A DNA stretch of 21,130 bases from Candidatus Velthaea sp. (lineage in GTDB: Bacteria; Vulcanimicrobiota; Vulcanimicrobiia; Vulcanimicrobiales; Vulcanimicrobiaceae). The stretch lies in contig JBEKHC010000089.1 of NCBI GenBank assembly GCA_050012475.1, positions 1 to 21,130 on the forward strand. Reading direction: 5' to 3'. How positions within the stretch are numbered: position 1 is the stretch's first letter; each line of letters opens with the position of its first letter. Both the position numbers and the translations under genes were made by a program. The notes below the pieces were generated by a model. It worked only from the letters and a program-made list of their open reading frames with translations, searched no databases and had not been told where the DNA came from. Positions 1-8,326 of this stretch are shown one piece after another.

Positions 1-2
1 CG

Positions 3-1130
3 TACGCTTCGGTCGTTGCGCTGGCCCGCAGCGATCCGATCGGCTATCTGTTCCGTCAGGTCCATCACTGGAGCGCCGTCGTTTTCGTCGCGGCGATCAT
101 CGTCCACATGGGACGCATCTTCTTCACCGCGGCGTTCCGCAAGCCGCGCGAACTCAATTGGGTCGTCGGCGTCTTGCTGCTCACGCTCGCATCGCTGACG
201 GGTTTCACCGGCTACTCGTTGCCCAATGACGCACTCTCGGGCACGGGCTTGCGGATCGGCACCTCAGTCGCGCTGTCGGTGCCGCTCGTCGGGGCGTGGG
301 CCTCAAATCTGCTCAATGGCGGCGGCTATCCGGGTCCGCTCCTGCTGTCGCATATCTACACGATCCATGTCTATTTTCTGCCGGTCACGATCGGCGCGCT
401 GCTCGGCTTTCATCTTGGAATGCTGGTGCTGCAGAAACACACCCAGTTCGCCGCGGACGAAACGGTCGTCGTCGGGCGGCGCTTCTATCCGGACTACCTG
501 CTGCGCACGGTCGCAGCATTCGGTGCGACCGTCGCCGTCATCGTCGCGCTGAGCTCGATCGTCGAGATCAATCCAATCGAGCGCTACGGCGAGTATCGCG
601 AGTGGATCGCGCCCAATCCCGCTACACCCGACTGGTACGCCGGCTGGCTCGACGGCGCGCTGCGGCTGGGTCCCGCGGTGGAATGGCGAATTTTCGGTCA
701 TCCGATACCCGGCGTGTTCTGGCCAGGCGCGGTGCTGCCGCTGCTCGCCCTCGTGCTCGTCTTGGGCTGGCCGTGGATCGATGCCTGGCTTAGCGGCGAC
801 CGCGCGTATCATGACGTGCTCGTTCCACCGAGCGCTGCGCCGTGGCGCGTCGGCGTCGGAGCGGCCCTGATCGCCGCCGGCGTCATTCTCACGCTGGCCG
901 CGACCGACGACGAACAAGCGCGCACCCTGCACGTCCCAGTCGAAACGCTGGTCTCGGTCTACCGGCTGGCCTTTGCGTTCGGCAGTATCGCGGTTGGCGC
1001 GATCGCTGCGATGTTCGCGCGCCAAGTTCGCGTCCGGCGCAACCTGCATGGTCCCGAGGCTGAGCGCGTGATCGTCGTCAAGCGCAACGAACGCGGCGGC
1101 TTCGACGAAGAGAACGTAACGCACGCATGA
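3..1130 (+). CDS. qcrB: Cytochrome b subunit of cytochrome bcc/bc1 complex (actinobacterial type), 5' end outside window
   Basis: Frame is open from position 3 (YASVVALARSDPIGYLFRQVHHWSAVVFVAAIIVHMGRIFFTAAFRKPRELNW). Heme-ligand His residues in HHW/VHM and IHVYFLP...GFHL, FTGYSLP, and Qo motif PDWY. Confidence 0.95.
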   Translation, partial: YASVVALARSDPIGYLFRQVHHWSAVVFVAAIIVHMGRIFFTAAFRKPRELNWVVGVLLLTLASLTGFTGYSLPNDALSGTGLRIGTSVALSVPLVGAWASNLLNGGGYPGPLLLSHIYTIHVYFLPVTIGALLGFHLGMLVLQKHTQFAADETVVVGRRFYPDYLLRTVAAFGATVAVIVALSSIVEINPIERYGEYREWIAPNPATPDWYAGWLDGALRLGPAVEWRIFGHPIPGVFWPGAVLPLLALVLVLGWPWIDAWLSGDRAYHDVLVPPSAAPWRVGVGAALIAAGVILTLAATDDEQARTLHVPVETLVSVYRLAFAFGSIAVGAIAAMFARQVRVRRNLHGPEAERVIVVKRNERGGFDEENVTHA

Positions 1131-1897
1131 GCGACGACGCGTGCGTGATCGCGCTGCTCGGCGCGACCGCCGCCTTGTATACCGCCGGGATCGTGGCCGC
1201 ACGCCGGCGCGGACGCAGATTTGGCGGGTGGCCGATCGTCGCGTTTGCGGCGGGTCTTGCGCTGCTGGCGATCGCGTTGACCGGACCGGCCGACGACCTC
1301 GCGGATCGCTCCTTGACCTGGCACATGATTCAGCATCTCGCTCTCGTCGGCGTTGCGGCTCCGCTGCTGCTGCTCGGCGCTCCGCTCCGGTTCGCGCTGG
1401 GAGCGTTGCCCGCGGTTCGGGCCGCCGGTCTCGCGCGCGCCCTCAACGCGCTGCCGCTGCGCGCGCTCGTGCATCCGGCAATCGCTTGGCTCCAGTTCGC
1501 GTTCGTCTTGTACGCCGTGCACTTCTCGCGGCTCTATGAAGCGGCGCTCGAACATCCGCCGATCCACGCATTCGAGCATGCGCTGTTTCTCGGCTCCGCG
1601 CTCGTCTTCTGGACGCCGCTGCTCGCGGTCGCCCCCGCACCCCATGCGCCGCCGCATCCGGTCCGATTGCTGGCGCTTTTCGCGGCGCTGCCGATGAGCG
1701 CGTTCTTAGGGTTTGTGTTTTATGTGACCCGTCACGTGCTGTACGCGCACTATGCCCTCCATCCGGGCGCGCTGGCGGATCAAATGCGCGCCGGGGCGGT
1801 GATGTGGATTTGCGGCGGTTTGCCGCTCTTCGCCGCGCTGCTGGGCTGCATCGCCGCCTGGGGCGCACGCGAGCGCCGGCTGGGCTCGACCGGCTGA
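1127..1897 (+). CDS. ctaG: Cytochrome c oxidase assembly protein, Caa3_CtaG family
   Basis: Motifs HMIQHL..VAAPLLLLGAP, HAFEHALFLGSALVFW and DQMRAGAVMW. ATGA overlap with the qcrB stop. Confidence 0.9.
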   Translation: MSDDACVIALLGATAALYTAGIVAARRRGRRFGGWPIVAFAAGLALLAIALTGPADDLADRSLTWHMIQHLALVGVAAPLLLLGAPLRFALGALPAVRAAGLARALNALPLRALVHPAIAWLQFAFVLYAVHFSRLYEAALEHPPIHAFEHALFLGSALVFWTPLLAVAPAPHAPPHPVRLLALFAALPMSAFLGFVFYVTRHVLYAHYALHPGALADQMRAGAVMWICGGLPLFAALLGCIAAWGARERRLGSTG

Positions 1898-1899
1898 CG

Positions 1900-2625
1900 A
1901 TGTTTTTTCCTGTCGTGCTGAGCGCCCTGTTGGTGAGCGCTGCGATCGCACCTACAACCGACGCCGGCAAGCTGGCCTATCAGACGCGTTGCGCCTCGTG
2001 TCACGGTGACGATTTGCGCGGCGGTGCGAACGGTCCGTCGCTGCGAGGCGCCGGCGCGGCCGACTTGGACTTTTGGATGGTCACCGGTCGGATGCCGGCC
2101 GCACTTCCGTGGCTGGAAGTCGGTCATCGCGGTCCCCAGATCGGCGCGCACGAGATCGCCTTGATCGAAGCGTACGTCACGTCGGTCGCTCCGGGCGGGC
2201 CGCCGATCCCGCAGGTCGCGACCGGCGGGAACCTCGCGCACGGGCGCGAGTTGTTCGCGCAGAATTGCGAACACTGCCACGGCGTCGGCGGCGCAGGCGC
2301 GTCGCTGGGCGAAAACGCGTGGGCGCCGGCGTTGCAGGCGGCAAGCATCACGCAAGTAGCCGAAGCAATTCGCGTCGGCCCCGGCAACATGCCCAAGTTC
2401 GCACCGTCGCAGCTCGACGATTCCGCGCTGCGCGACATCGTAACCTACGTATCGTGGCTCGACGCGGACGCTGCTACGGCCGCGTTTCCGCTGCGCAGCA
2501 GCGGCCCCGTTCCCGAAGGATTGTACGGCTGGCTGAGCATCGGTGCGCTGTGCCTCTGCGCTTACGCCTACTCGAAGCGCAGAAAGCCCGGCGCGCCGGC
2601 GCGCGCATCCGAGGAGACCGAATAG
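1900..2625 (+). CDS. qcrC: Di-heme cytochrome c subunit of cytochrome bcc complex
   Basis: ATG at 1900 followed by a signal-like peptide. Two heme motifs CASCH and CEHCH, TGRMP and GPGNMP, and a C-terminal TM preceded by GPVPEGL as in actinobacterial QcrC. Confidence 0.88.
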   Translation: MFFPVVLSALLVSAAIAPTTDAGKLAYQTRCASCHGDDLRGGANGPSLRGAGAADLDFWMVTGRMPAALPWLEVGHRGPQIGAHEIALIEAYVTSVAPGGPPIPQVATGGNLAHGRELFAQNCEHCHGVGGAGASLGENAWAPALQAASITQVAEAIRVGPGNMPKFAPSQLDDSALRDIVTYVSWLDADAATAAFPLRSSGPVPEGLYGWLSIGALCLCAYAYSKRRKPGAPARASEETE

Positions 2626-3086
2626 GTCTGCTGGCACGATCATCGTTTCCGGCAGCAGTCGATGGGCATCGACTTGCACGGAGATTGGCTTTGAAGTTGG
2701 CCGGCGAGCAGTGACGGAGGTCGTGAGCGACGGCGGCCCGATGTCGAGCTCTCACCTCGAAAGTGTGCGCTTCAGCGCTTATTTACGCGCTCTTTGGAAC
2801 AAACTTTCGCTGTCCTGTATTCCGGCTAAAGCTTTCCTTCACTCGGTCGATACAGCAAAGAGACCGGTAGTCAAGTCAGTTACCACAGACCAACACCGTC
2901 GCTCCCGCAAGCCGATGAGAAACCACCGACCTCGAGTGCGAGATGAGGGCCCCGAACGGAATCAGCCGGCCACTCAAAGCGCGTGCTTCTTTCAAACGTC
3001 AATCCGAATTCGATAGGCGATGAGCAAGGCGCAAACCTCCCTACCTAATTTGAAACATCAGGCATCGAAAAGGAGCGACTTCTCGC

Positions 3087-3575
3087 ATGAAAATCACCCA
3101 TATCGCCCTCGGACTGGCACTCGCCGTGTCGACTCCGCTGGCAGCCTCAGCGACGACGACGACGACGCAAAATTTGACAATTACTACCGACGTTTCTAAC
3201 TCGTGTCTGTTCAGCCCGATCGCTGGCATTCCGGAAACCTACGATTGGCAGCACGGCGCCTACACCGCGAACTTCGCTGCCGCGCTCAGCGTGGAGTGCA
3301 ACAGCGGCACGGCGTACACGGTGACGGCAGACCACGGCCAACATGCCAACGTTGACCAGAATGAATTGTCGGACGGCGCAACGCATACGCTGGCCTACTC
3401 CCTGCAGCTTGTCGACTCGAGCTCCGCGTCGTTTGACCCGGCGGGCGGCAGTGCACCGTCCGAGACCGCAAACGGTAGCGGGCAGTCGTTCGCGGTCACG
3501 TTGACCATCGCTGCCAACCAAATGGTGCCGGCGGGCTCGTACCAGGATACGGTCGGCTTCACGGTGACCTACTGA
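3087..3575 (+). CDS. Spore coat protein U (SCPU)/Csu-type pilin, probable major subunit
   Basis: AAGGAG RBS, signal peptide, N-terminal donor strand TTTQNLTITTDVSNSC, second Cys in VECNSGTAY, LAYSL, and C-terminal NQMVPAGSYQDTVGFTVTY. Confidence 0.9.
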   Translation: MKITHIALGLALAVSTPLAASATTTTTQNLTITTDVSNSCLFSPIAGIPETYDWQHGAYTANFAAALSVECNSGTAYTVTADHGQHANVDQNELSDGATHTLAYSLQLVDSSSASFDPAGGSAPSETANGSGQSFAVTLTIAANQMVPAGSYQDTVGFTVTY

Positions 3576-3598
3576 CGCCCGCGGCCTACCGGAGAACC

Positions 3599-3623
3599 TC
3601 TGGGCTCAGAATTCGGGCCCAGA
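3599..3623 (+). terminator. Stem-loop 3' of the major pilin (terminator/attenuator or mRNA stabiliser)
   Basis: TCTGGGCTC (3599-3607) pairs with GGGCCCAGA (3615-3623), with one G-U. Only a weak U tail follows. Confidence 0.45.
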
Positions 3624-3862
3624 CGCTCTTCAAGGCGGATTTCACATTCGACCGGCCGACAGTTCTACCGACGTCGCGCTTGGACTAGTCGGCTGGGCGG
3701 ACACATCAACTCGACTCGGTTGCGATCTCTTATCGCGGCTGTGTTCCCATTGAACTATTGAGCTCGGCCGACCGAAGCTAAGACTGAGGGACCAACGCCG
3801 GTCACTCAGACTTTGCAGGATAGCCAGTCCATGGATGGTTGCGTATCTGCCGCCACACTCCG

Positions 3863-6196
3863 ATGACGGAGCGTAACGTCACCGCGCGCCTCGTGGCCGT
3901 TTATGCTGCGGCCATCTTCGGAGGCGTCCCCGGCCTGGTACTCGCCGACACGGATAAGATACCGACGCCGACGGCTAACGGCAGGATTGATCGGACGATC
4001 GCCGACTGGGTTGTCAACGAGAACGAAAAAGGCGATACCTTCGTCATTCTCAAGGGCAGTGAGCTCTGCGTCCCATCCGCGACGATGGCCGCGTTTGGAG
4101 CTCTGGGGCTGCCTGCCGGCAATCATTTCCGCTTCCGCGGAGATGATTACGTGTCGCTCGACTCGCTGCGGCCGGATCTCACCTATACGTGGGACCCGAA
4201 TCTGCACCTGATCACGATCACCATCGCAGCATCAGATTTTCTTCCGACGACGATCGATTTGAGAGAACTGAAGCCGAGCGGAATCGATTATCGGCATTCC
4301 GCCAGCGGTTTCGTGAATTACGATCTCCACGAGTCCGTCGACGGTTCGCAGCGCGCGACGTCCCTTGCTCTCGACTCTTCGCTGGCTATGGGTCCGGGTG
4401 ATCTCGCGTTGGCCGGCAACCTCGCCGACACCGGCTTTTCGACCTCACGTTTTTCGTACACGGTCGAGAACCTGGCAGGTTTGACGCAGTTCCAGCTTGG
4501 CCAGATCGATCAGAATGCGCGCACCGCCGTGCCGGGAACGCTTCTGGGCATTTCGTTCGGACGGCGGTTCGCGCTCGATCCCTACTTGAACACGGCCCCG
4601 ATCCCGTCGCTCGCCACCGCGGTCAACAGTCCATCGACCGTGTACGTCTACGTCAACGGCCGGCTGATAAAGACCCAGAACGTGGCGCCCGGCATCCTCG
4701 ATTTGAGCAACATCCCGATGCCCGACGGTACGAACGACGCAACGGTCGTCATCGCCGGTCCCGACGGGCGCCGTACCCTCAACGTCCCATTCTACGGCAC
4801 GTCCGCCAATCTCGCCAAAGGCTTGACCGACTTCCAATTCGAGGCCGCACTGGACCCGACGGCGCACGTCCCAGTCGCCTCTGCCTTTTATCGCCGCGGC
4901 TTGAGCGACGCGTTCACCCAGGATGTCGCGCTCATCGGTACGCCGGGATACGATCGCGCCGGGTCGGCGCTCGACCTTCGAACGCACCTCGGCACGTTTC
5001 ACGCGGCCTACGATCAAAGCCGCGAGGCCGGCGGTACCGGCGGGCGCGCCGACCTTCGCTACAACTTTTTGGATCGCAACTTCTTCGTTGGAACTGAAGT
5101 TACGCGCAGCGCCGCCGGGTTCAGCACGGGCGGATGGACCGACGGGTCCGGACTGACTCCGGCCCCGATCGCACCGTTGAGCGGATCGCCGGCCCCGCAG
5201 GCTCAACTCGACGAATCGCTCTATTTCGGAACCACGATGGGGCACGTCGCGCCTTATTTGAATTGGGAGCGTGCTGCCGACGCTTCACAGAACGGCTCGT
5301 CGTCGACGCTGGGTGCGGCAATCCGTCTTTCTAGCGGTGCGTTGACGCTTGCCGCGACGCGTCAAGAACATCCGCGCAGCACGTCGTTTTCCTTGTCGTT
5401 CAGCACGAATGTCGGACGCGTGAACGCTACGGAGAGCTATGACTCGAGCACACATGCTTCGTCCTTGACGGCGGAAACGCAACGTCCCAATGGGACCGGG
5501 TCGACCACGCTGACCGCCGATTTCCCGTCGCTTGACCGTCTGCAGCTCGATTCGAGCGCAAATTGGAGCAAGGGCGGGTATGCGCTCACCCTCTCGCGTG
5601 ATAACGGTTCGCTCAGCGGCGATTTCGATTATCAGGGCGCGGTCGGCTTGGTGGGTCACCGCATCTTCGAGTCGCAACGGATTGACGCCGGCTTCGCTCT
5701 CGTTCGCGTTCCTGGCCTGGCCGGGGTGAACGTCAACGTCGAGGGCCGGCCCGCCGGCCGCACCGATGGGCACGGCGATCTGGTCGTTCCCGACCTCATT
5801 ACCGGACTCGCGAACACCATAAAGATCGACGACGATGATCTCCCCCTCGATCTCCATTTCGAGCAGACCCAGCAGATCGTCTCGCCCCTTGGGCGCTCGG
5901 GTATGGTCATCGAATTTCCCCACACGCGAGTCAACACGTATCGAGGCCGAGTGAATTTCGTCGTCGGCGGACGGCAGGTCACGCCGATCGAGGGCACGGC
6001 CACCTATCGCGCGCACGGTCGGGACGTTAGCGTCGACATCTCGGAGAGCGGCGAGCTTTATCTCAACGACGTCGAGTCGGGCACGTATCCGCTTCACATT
6101 GAAGCTGACAACGGCGTTTGCGACGCGACGATCACGCTCCCGAAAACAGTTGCGGCCTTTGTAAAATTCGGGCCGGTGACCTGTACCCCTCACTGA
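3863..6196 (+). CDS. Fimbrial outer-membrane usher (CsuD-like)
   Basis: About 777 aa with a signal peptide, SGFVNYD, plug-region PSTVYVYVNG...PG, GRTDGHGDLVVPDL...NTIKIDDDDLPLD, and a C-terminal Cys pair. Start uncertain (TTG 3839 or ATG 3863). Confidence 0.92.
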   Translation: MTERNVTARLVAVYAAAIFGGVPGLVLADTDKIPTPTANGRIDRTIADWVVNENEKGDTFVILKGSELCVPSATMAAFGALGLPAGNHFRFRGDDYVSLDSLRPDLTYTWDPNLHLITITIAASDFLPTTIDLRELKPSGIDYRHSASGFVNYDLHESVDGSQRATSLALDSSLAMGPGDLALAGNLADTGFSTSRFSYTVENLAGLTQFQLGQIDQNARTAVPGTLLGISFGRRFALDPYLNTAPIPSLATAVNSPSTVYVYVNGRLIKTQNVAPGILDLSNIPMPDGTNDATVVIAGPDGRRTLNVPFYGTSANLAKGLTDFQFEAALDPTAHVPVASAFYRRGLSDAFTQDVALIGTPGYDRAGSALDLRTHLGTFHAAYDQSREAGGTGGRADLRYNFLDRNFFVGTEVTRSAAGFSTGGWTDGSGLTPAPIAPLSGSPAPQAQLDESLYFGTTMGHVAPYLNWERAADASQNGSSSTLGAAIRLSSGALTLAATRQEHPRSTSFSLSFSTNVGRVNATESYDSSTHASSLTAETQRPNGTGSTTLTADFPSLDRLQLDSSANWSKGGYALTLSRDNGSLSGDFDYQGAVGLVGHRIFESQRIDAGFALVRVPGLAGVNVNVEGRPAGRTDGHGDLVVPDLITGLANTIKIDDDDLPLDLHFEQTQQIVSPLGRSGMVIEFPHTRVNTYRGRVNFVVGGRQVTPIEGTATYRAHGRDVSVDISESGELYLNDVESGTYPLHIEADNGVCDATITLPKTVAAFVKFGPVTCTPH

Positions 6197-6245
6197 GCGC
6201 GCCGCGGACGATTCGCCCCCGCGTCCAAGGTACGAGTCTGGCGGT

Positions 6246-6554
6246 TTATCGGCTTGCTGCAGACGCGGTCGGAGCCGGTGCTTGCGAGTCCGTAGCGACC
6301 GAATCGATGCCCGGAATGTACGACTCTGCGCCGAAGAGGATACCCCCGGCCGGCGGAACGATCGGCCGTTGCCCGTCGCCGCAGCGAGCGACGACCTTGT
6401 CGCCAACCTGATAGTCTTGGCACGTCACCGGCGTCGCCACGACCGTCACGGAGATGCTCAGCGAGCGATGAGCCGTTGCCGCTGAGGCCGCGGCCGGCGC
6501 AACGATCACGGCGAGGGAAGCTGCGATGGCGATTTTTTTCATCAGGTTCGTCAT
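6246..6554 (-). CDS. Small secreted protein with pilin-like N-terminal donor strand and a Cys pair
   Basis: GAGGA RBS before ATG 6554. Signal peptide MTNLMKKIAIAASLAVIVAPAAASA, then ATAHRSLSISVTVVAT, C-x12-C and a low-complexity tail. 102 aa. Confidence 0.75.
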   Translation of the reverse strand: MTNLMKKIAIAASLAVIVAPAAASAATAHRSLSISVTVVATPVTCQDYQVGDKVVARCGDGQRPIVPPAGGILFGAESYIPGIDSVATDSQAPAPTASAASR

Positions 6555-6779
6555 GGCAATTTCCTCTTGGTGCAGAACACCGGCAGCGAACACAACAGGG
6601 AACCGAGGTCCGTCTATAACGGGCCGTCGTACGAGCCGCGCTCGGTGGTGATTTGGTCTTGAAATCTCGGGACGCAGTTCTCTTTACACGTTTATAGCAG
6701 AGCCGCTCGAAGCGCACACCCCGGAAACCATGGGTTCTTTACAACTCAATCACGCCGTCGAAGACACGATACCTATAGC

Positions 6780-7610
6780 ATGAGACCCAAAATGGTATCG
6801 CGGGCAGCCTCGTGGGTTAGCATGAGCCTGGTCTTGGCGACGCTTCTGTCCTTGCGCACGGCCGCCGCAACCGCGCAGCTAAACGCAGACCTCACGTCGC
6901 CAAGCGATGCGGCGGGCGGCCCGTTCGACGTTAGTCCGATCGCCGTCGTGATCGCCAAAGGCCAGACCAGCAGCTCAGTCGTCGTCAGGAGCAGTGGGGG
7001 AGAAAGCCATTTTACCGTCGGCGGATACCGTTGGACACAGGACGAGAGCGGCAAGATGTCGTTCGAGCCCGCCGACGAGCTCATCTTCTTTCCGCAAACG
7101 TTTACGCTGAGCGGCGGCAAGACCGAGCGAATTCGAATCGGCGCACAAGGCGTCGACCCATCCGTCGAGCACACGTACCGCATCATCGTGTACCAGTTAC
7201 CTCCCAAGATCGATCCCGGACAAGGAAAGCGCCCGAGTATCGGCATGGGCTTTAGCTTGCGGGTCAGCGTCCCCATCTTCGTCGAGCCGTCGAACCCGAA
7301 GCAGGCAGTTGATGTCGCGCTCGCGGTGGTGCGCGGCGACGACCTCGGCGTCGACGTTGCCGCAACGGGAAACATTCACGTTCCGCCGTCGGTCGTTCAC
7401 GTCGTCGCAACCGACGTTAACGGAAAGAGCGTCGTTGATACGAAGTCCAACGTCTGGTATACCCTCGCAGGCACGAAAACGCACGTCGACGTGCCGATTT
7501 TGCACGCGCAATGCAGCCAGATCGCGCGGGTGAAGCTTGACCTCCAAGATATGCTGGGGCGCCCGCTCACGACCCGTGACGTTACCGACCCGCAGAAAAA
7601 CTGCAAGTAG
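6780..7610 (+). CDS. Periplasmic pilus chaperone (PapD/CsuC-like)
   Basis: VSPIAVVI, WTQDESG, LIFFPQTFTLSGGKTERIRIG, EHTYRIIVYQLP, LRVSVPIFVEP, ATGNIH and WYTLAG. Start may be 6792 or 6822. Confidence 0.9.
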   Translation: MRPKMVSRAASWVSMSLVLATLLSLRTAAATAQLNADLTSPSDAAGGPFDVSPIAVVIAKGQTSSSVVVRSSGGESHFTVGGYRWTQDESGKMSFEPADELIFFPQTFTLSGGKTERIRIGAQGVDPSVEHTYRIIVYQLPPKIDPGQGKRPSIGMGFSLRVSVPIFVEPSNPKQAVDVALAVVRGDDLGVDVAATGNIHVPPSVVHVVATDVNGKSVVDTKSNVWYTLAGTKTHVDVPILHAQCSQIARVKLDLQDMLGRPLTTRDVTDPQKNCK

Positions 7611-7616
7611 CGTCCC

Positions 7617-8051
7617 ATGCGTGTGCTGGGTGCGGTGTTTGCCGTCCTGATCGCAAGCTTACCCGCCTTTGCCGGCGCTTCTTGTACCCTCAGTGCGCGT
7701 TCCGGAACGATCGCCTACGACTCGCTCAATCCTGCCGGCGTGAGGGTTTCGGGCCTCATCGAGATCGACTGCAGCCCAAGCTCGCTCCCGGGAACCGCGA
7801 GAATCCTCTTCGACGGCGGCGGCTCTGGCAATTCGCTCGGACGCAGGATGCGCGGGGGAGCCAGCGCGCTGGCCTATCGTATTTACTTGCCGGGCGGGGG
7901 TGCGTCAAGCGGCGCAGGCGAGACGCAGACGGTGTCGACGGCGTTGACCTCGCAGCGAACGCTCGTACCGTTCATCATAAGCATCTTTCCGCACCAGCCG
8001 GTACCCGCGGGTGCGTACATGGACGAGCTGAGCATAACGTTCAGCTATTAG
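7617..8051 (+). CDS. SCPU/Csu-type pilin lacking an N-terminal donor strand (probable tip subunit)
   Basis: Signal peptide followed directly by ASCT, then IDC, GGSGNSLGRRMRGGASALAYRIY and C-terminal HQPVPAGAYMDELSITFSY. Confidence 0.88.
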   Translation: MRVLGAVFAVLIASLPAFAGASCTLSARSGTIAYDSLNPAGVRVSGLIEIDCSPSSLPGTARILFDGGGSGNSLGRRMRGGASALAYRIYLPGGGASSGAGETQTVSTALTSQRTLVPFIISIFPHQPVPAGAYMDELSITFSY

Positions 8052-8326
8052 GAGGGGAGACTCCGGACACGAGACGACCGGATGGGCACCCTCGCCTTCG
8101 CTCGATACACCCTTGTTCCACACCTTCGGACGTGCCGTTCGGTATCCGGCGATTCATCGGATACGAGGCATCGCCCGATTCATGGCTCCGCCCGACGTGT
8201 TCCTCGGCGCGCGACAAACTTGTTTTTGGTTAACCGGTTGTCGCGACCGCAGAGGACGCTCACGTTCAAGTTAGCGCCCAGGCCGGGGTGCACGACGCGA
8301 CGGATCGACGAAGTCGCTCCCTAGAC

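Noticed and set aside
2626..3086. c-di-GMP riboswitch or small gene in the long pilin leader
   Set aside because: I could not match class I or II consensus by eye, and the overlapping 157-aa ORF is not protein-like. An Rfam search would settle it.
6197..6779. Invertible (phase-variable) segment carrying the reverse mini-gene
   Set aside because: I found no flanking inverted repeats and there is no recombinase in the window.
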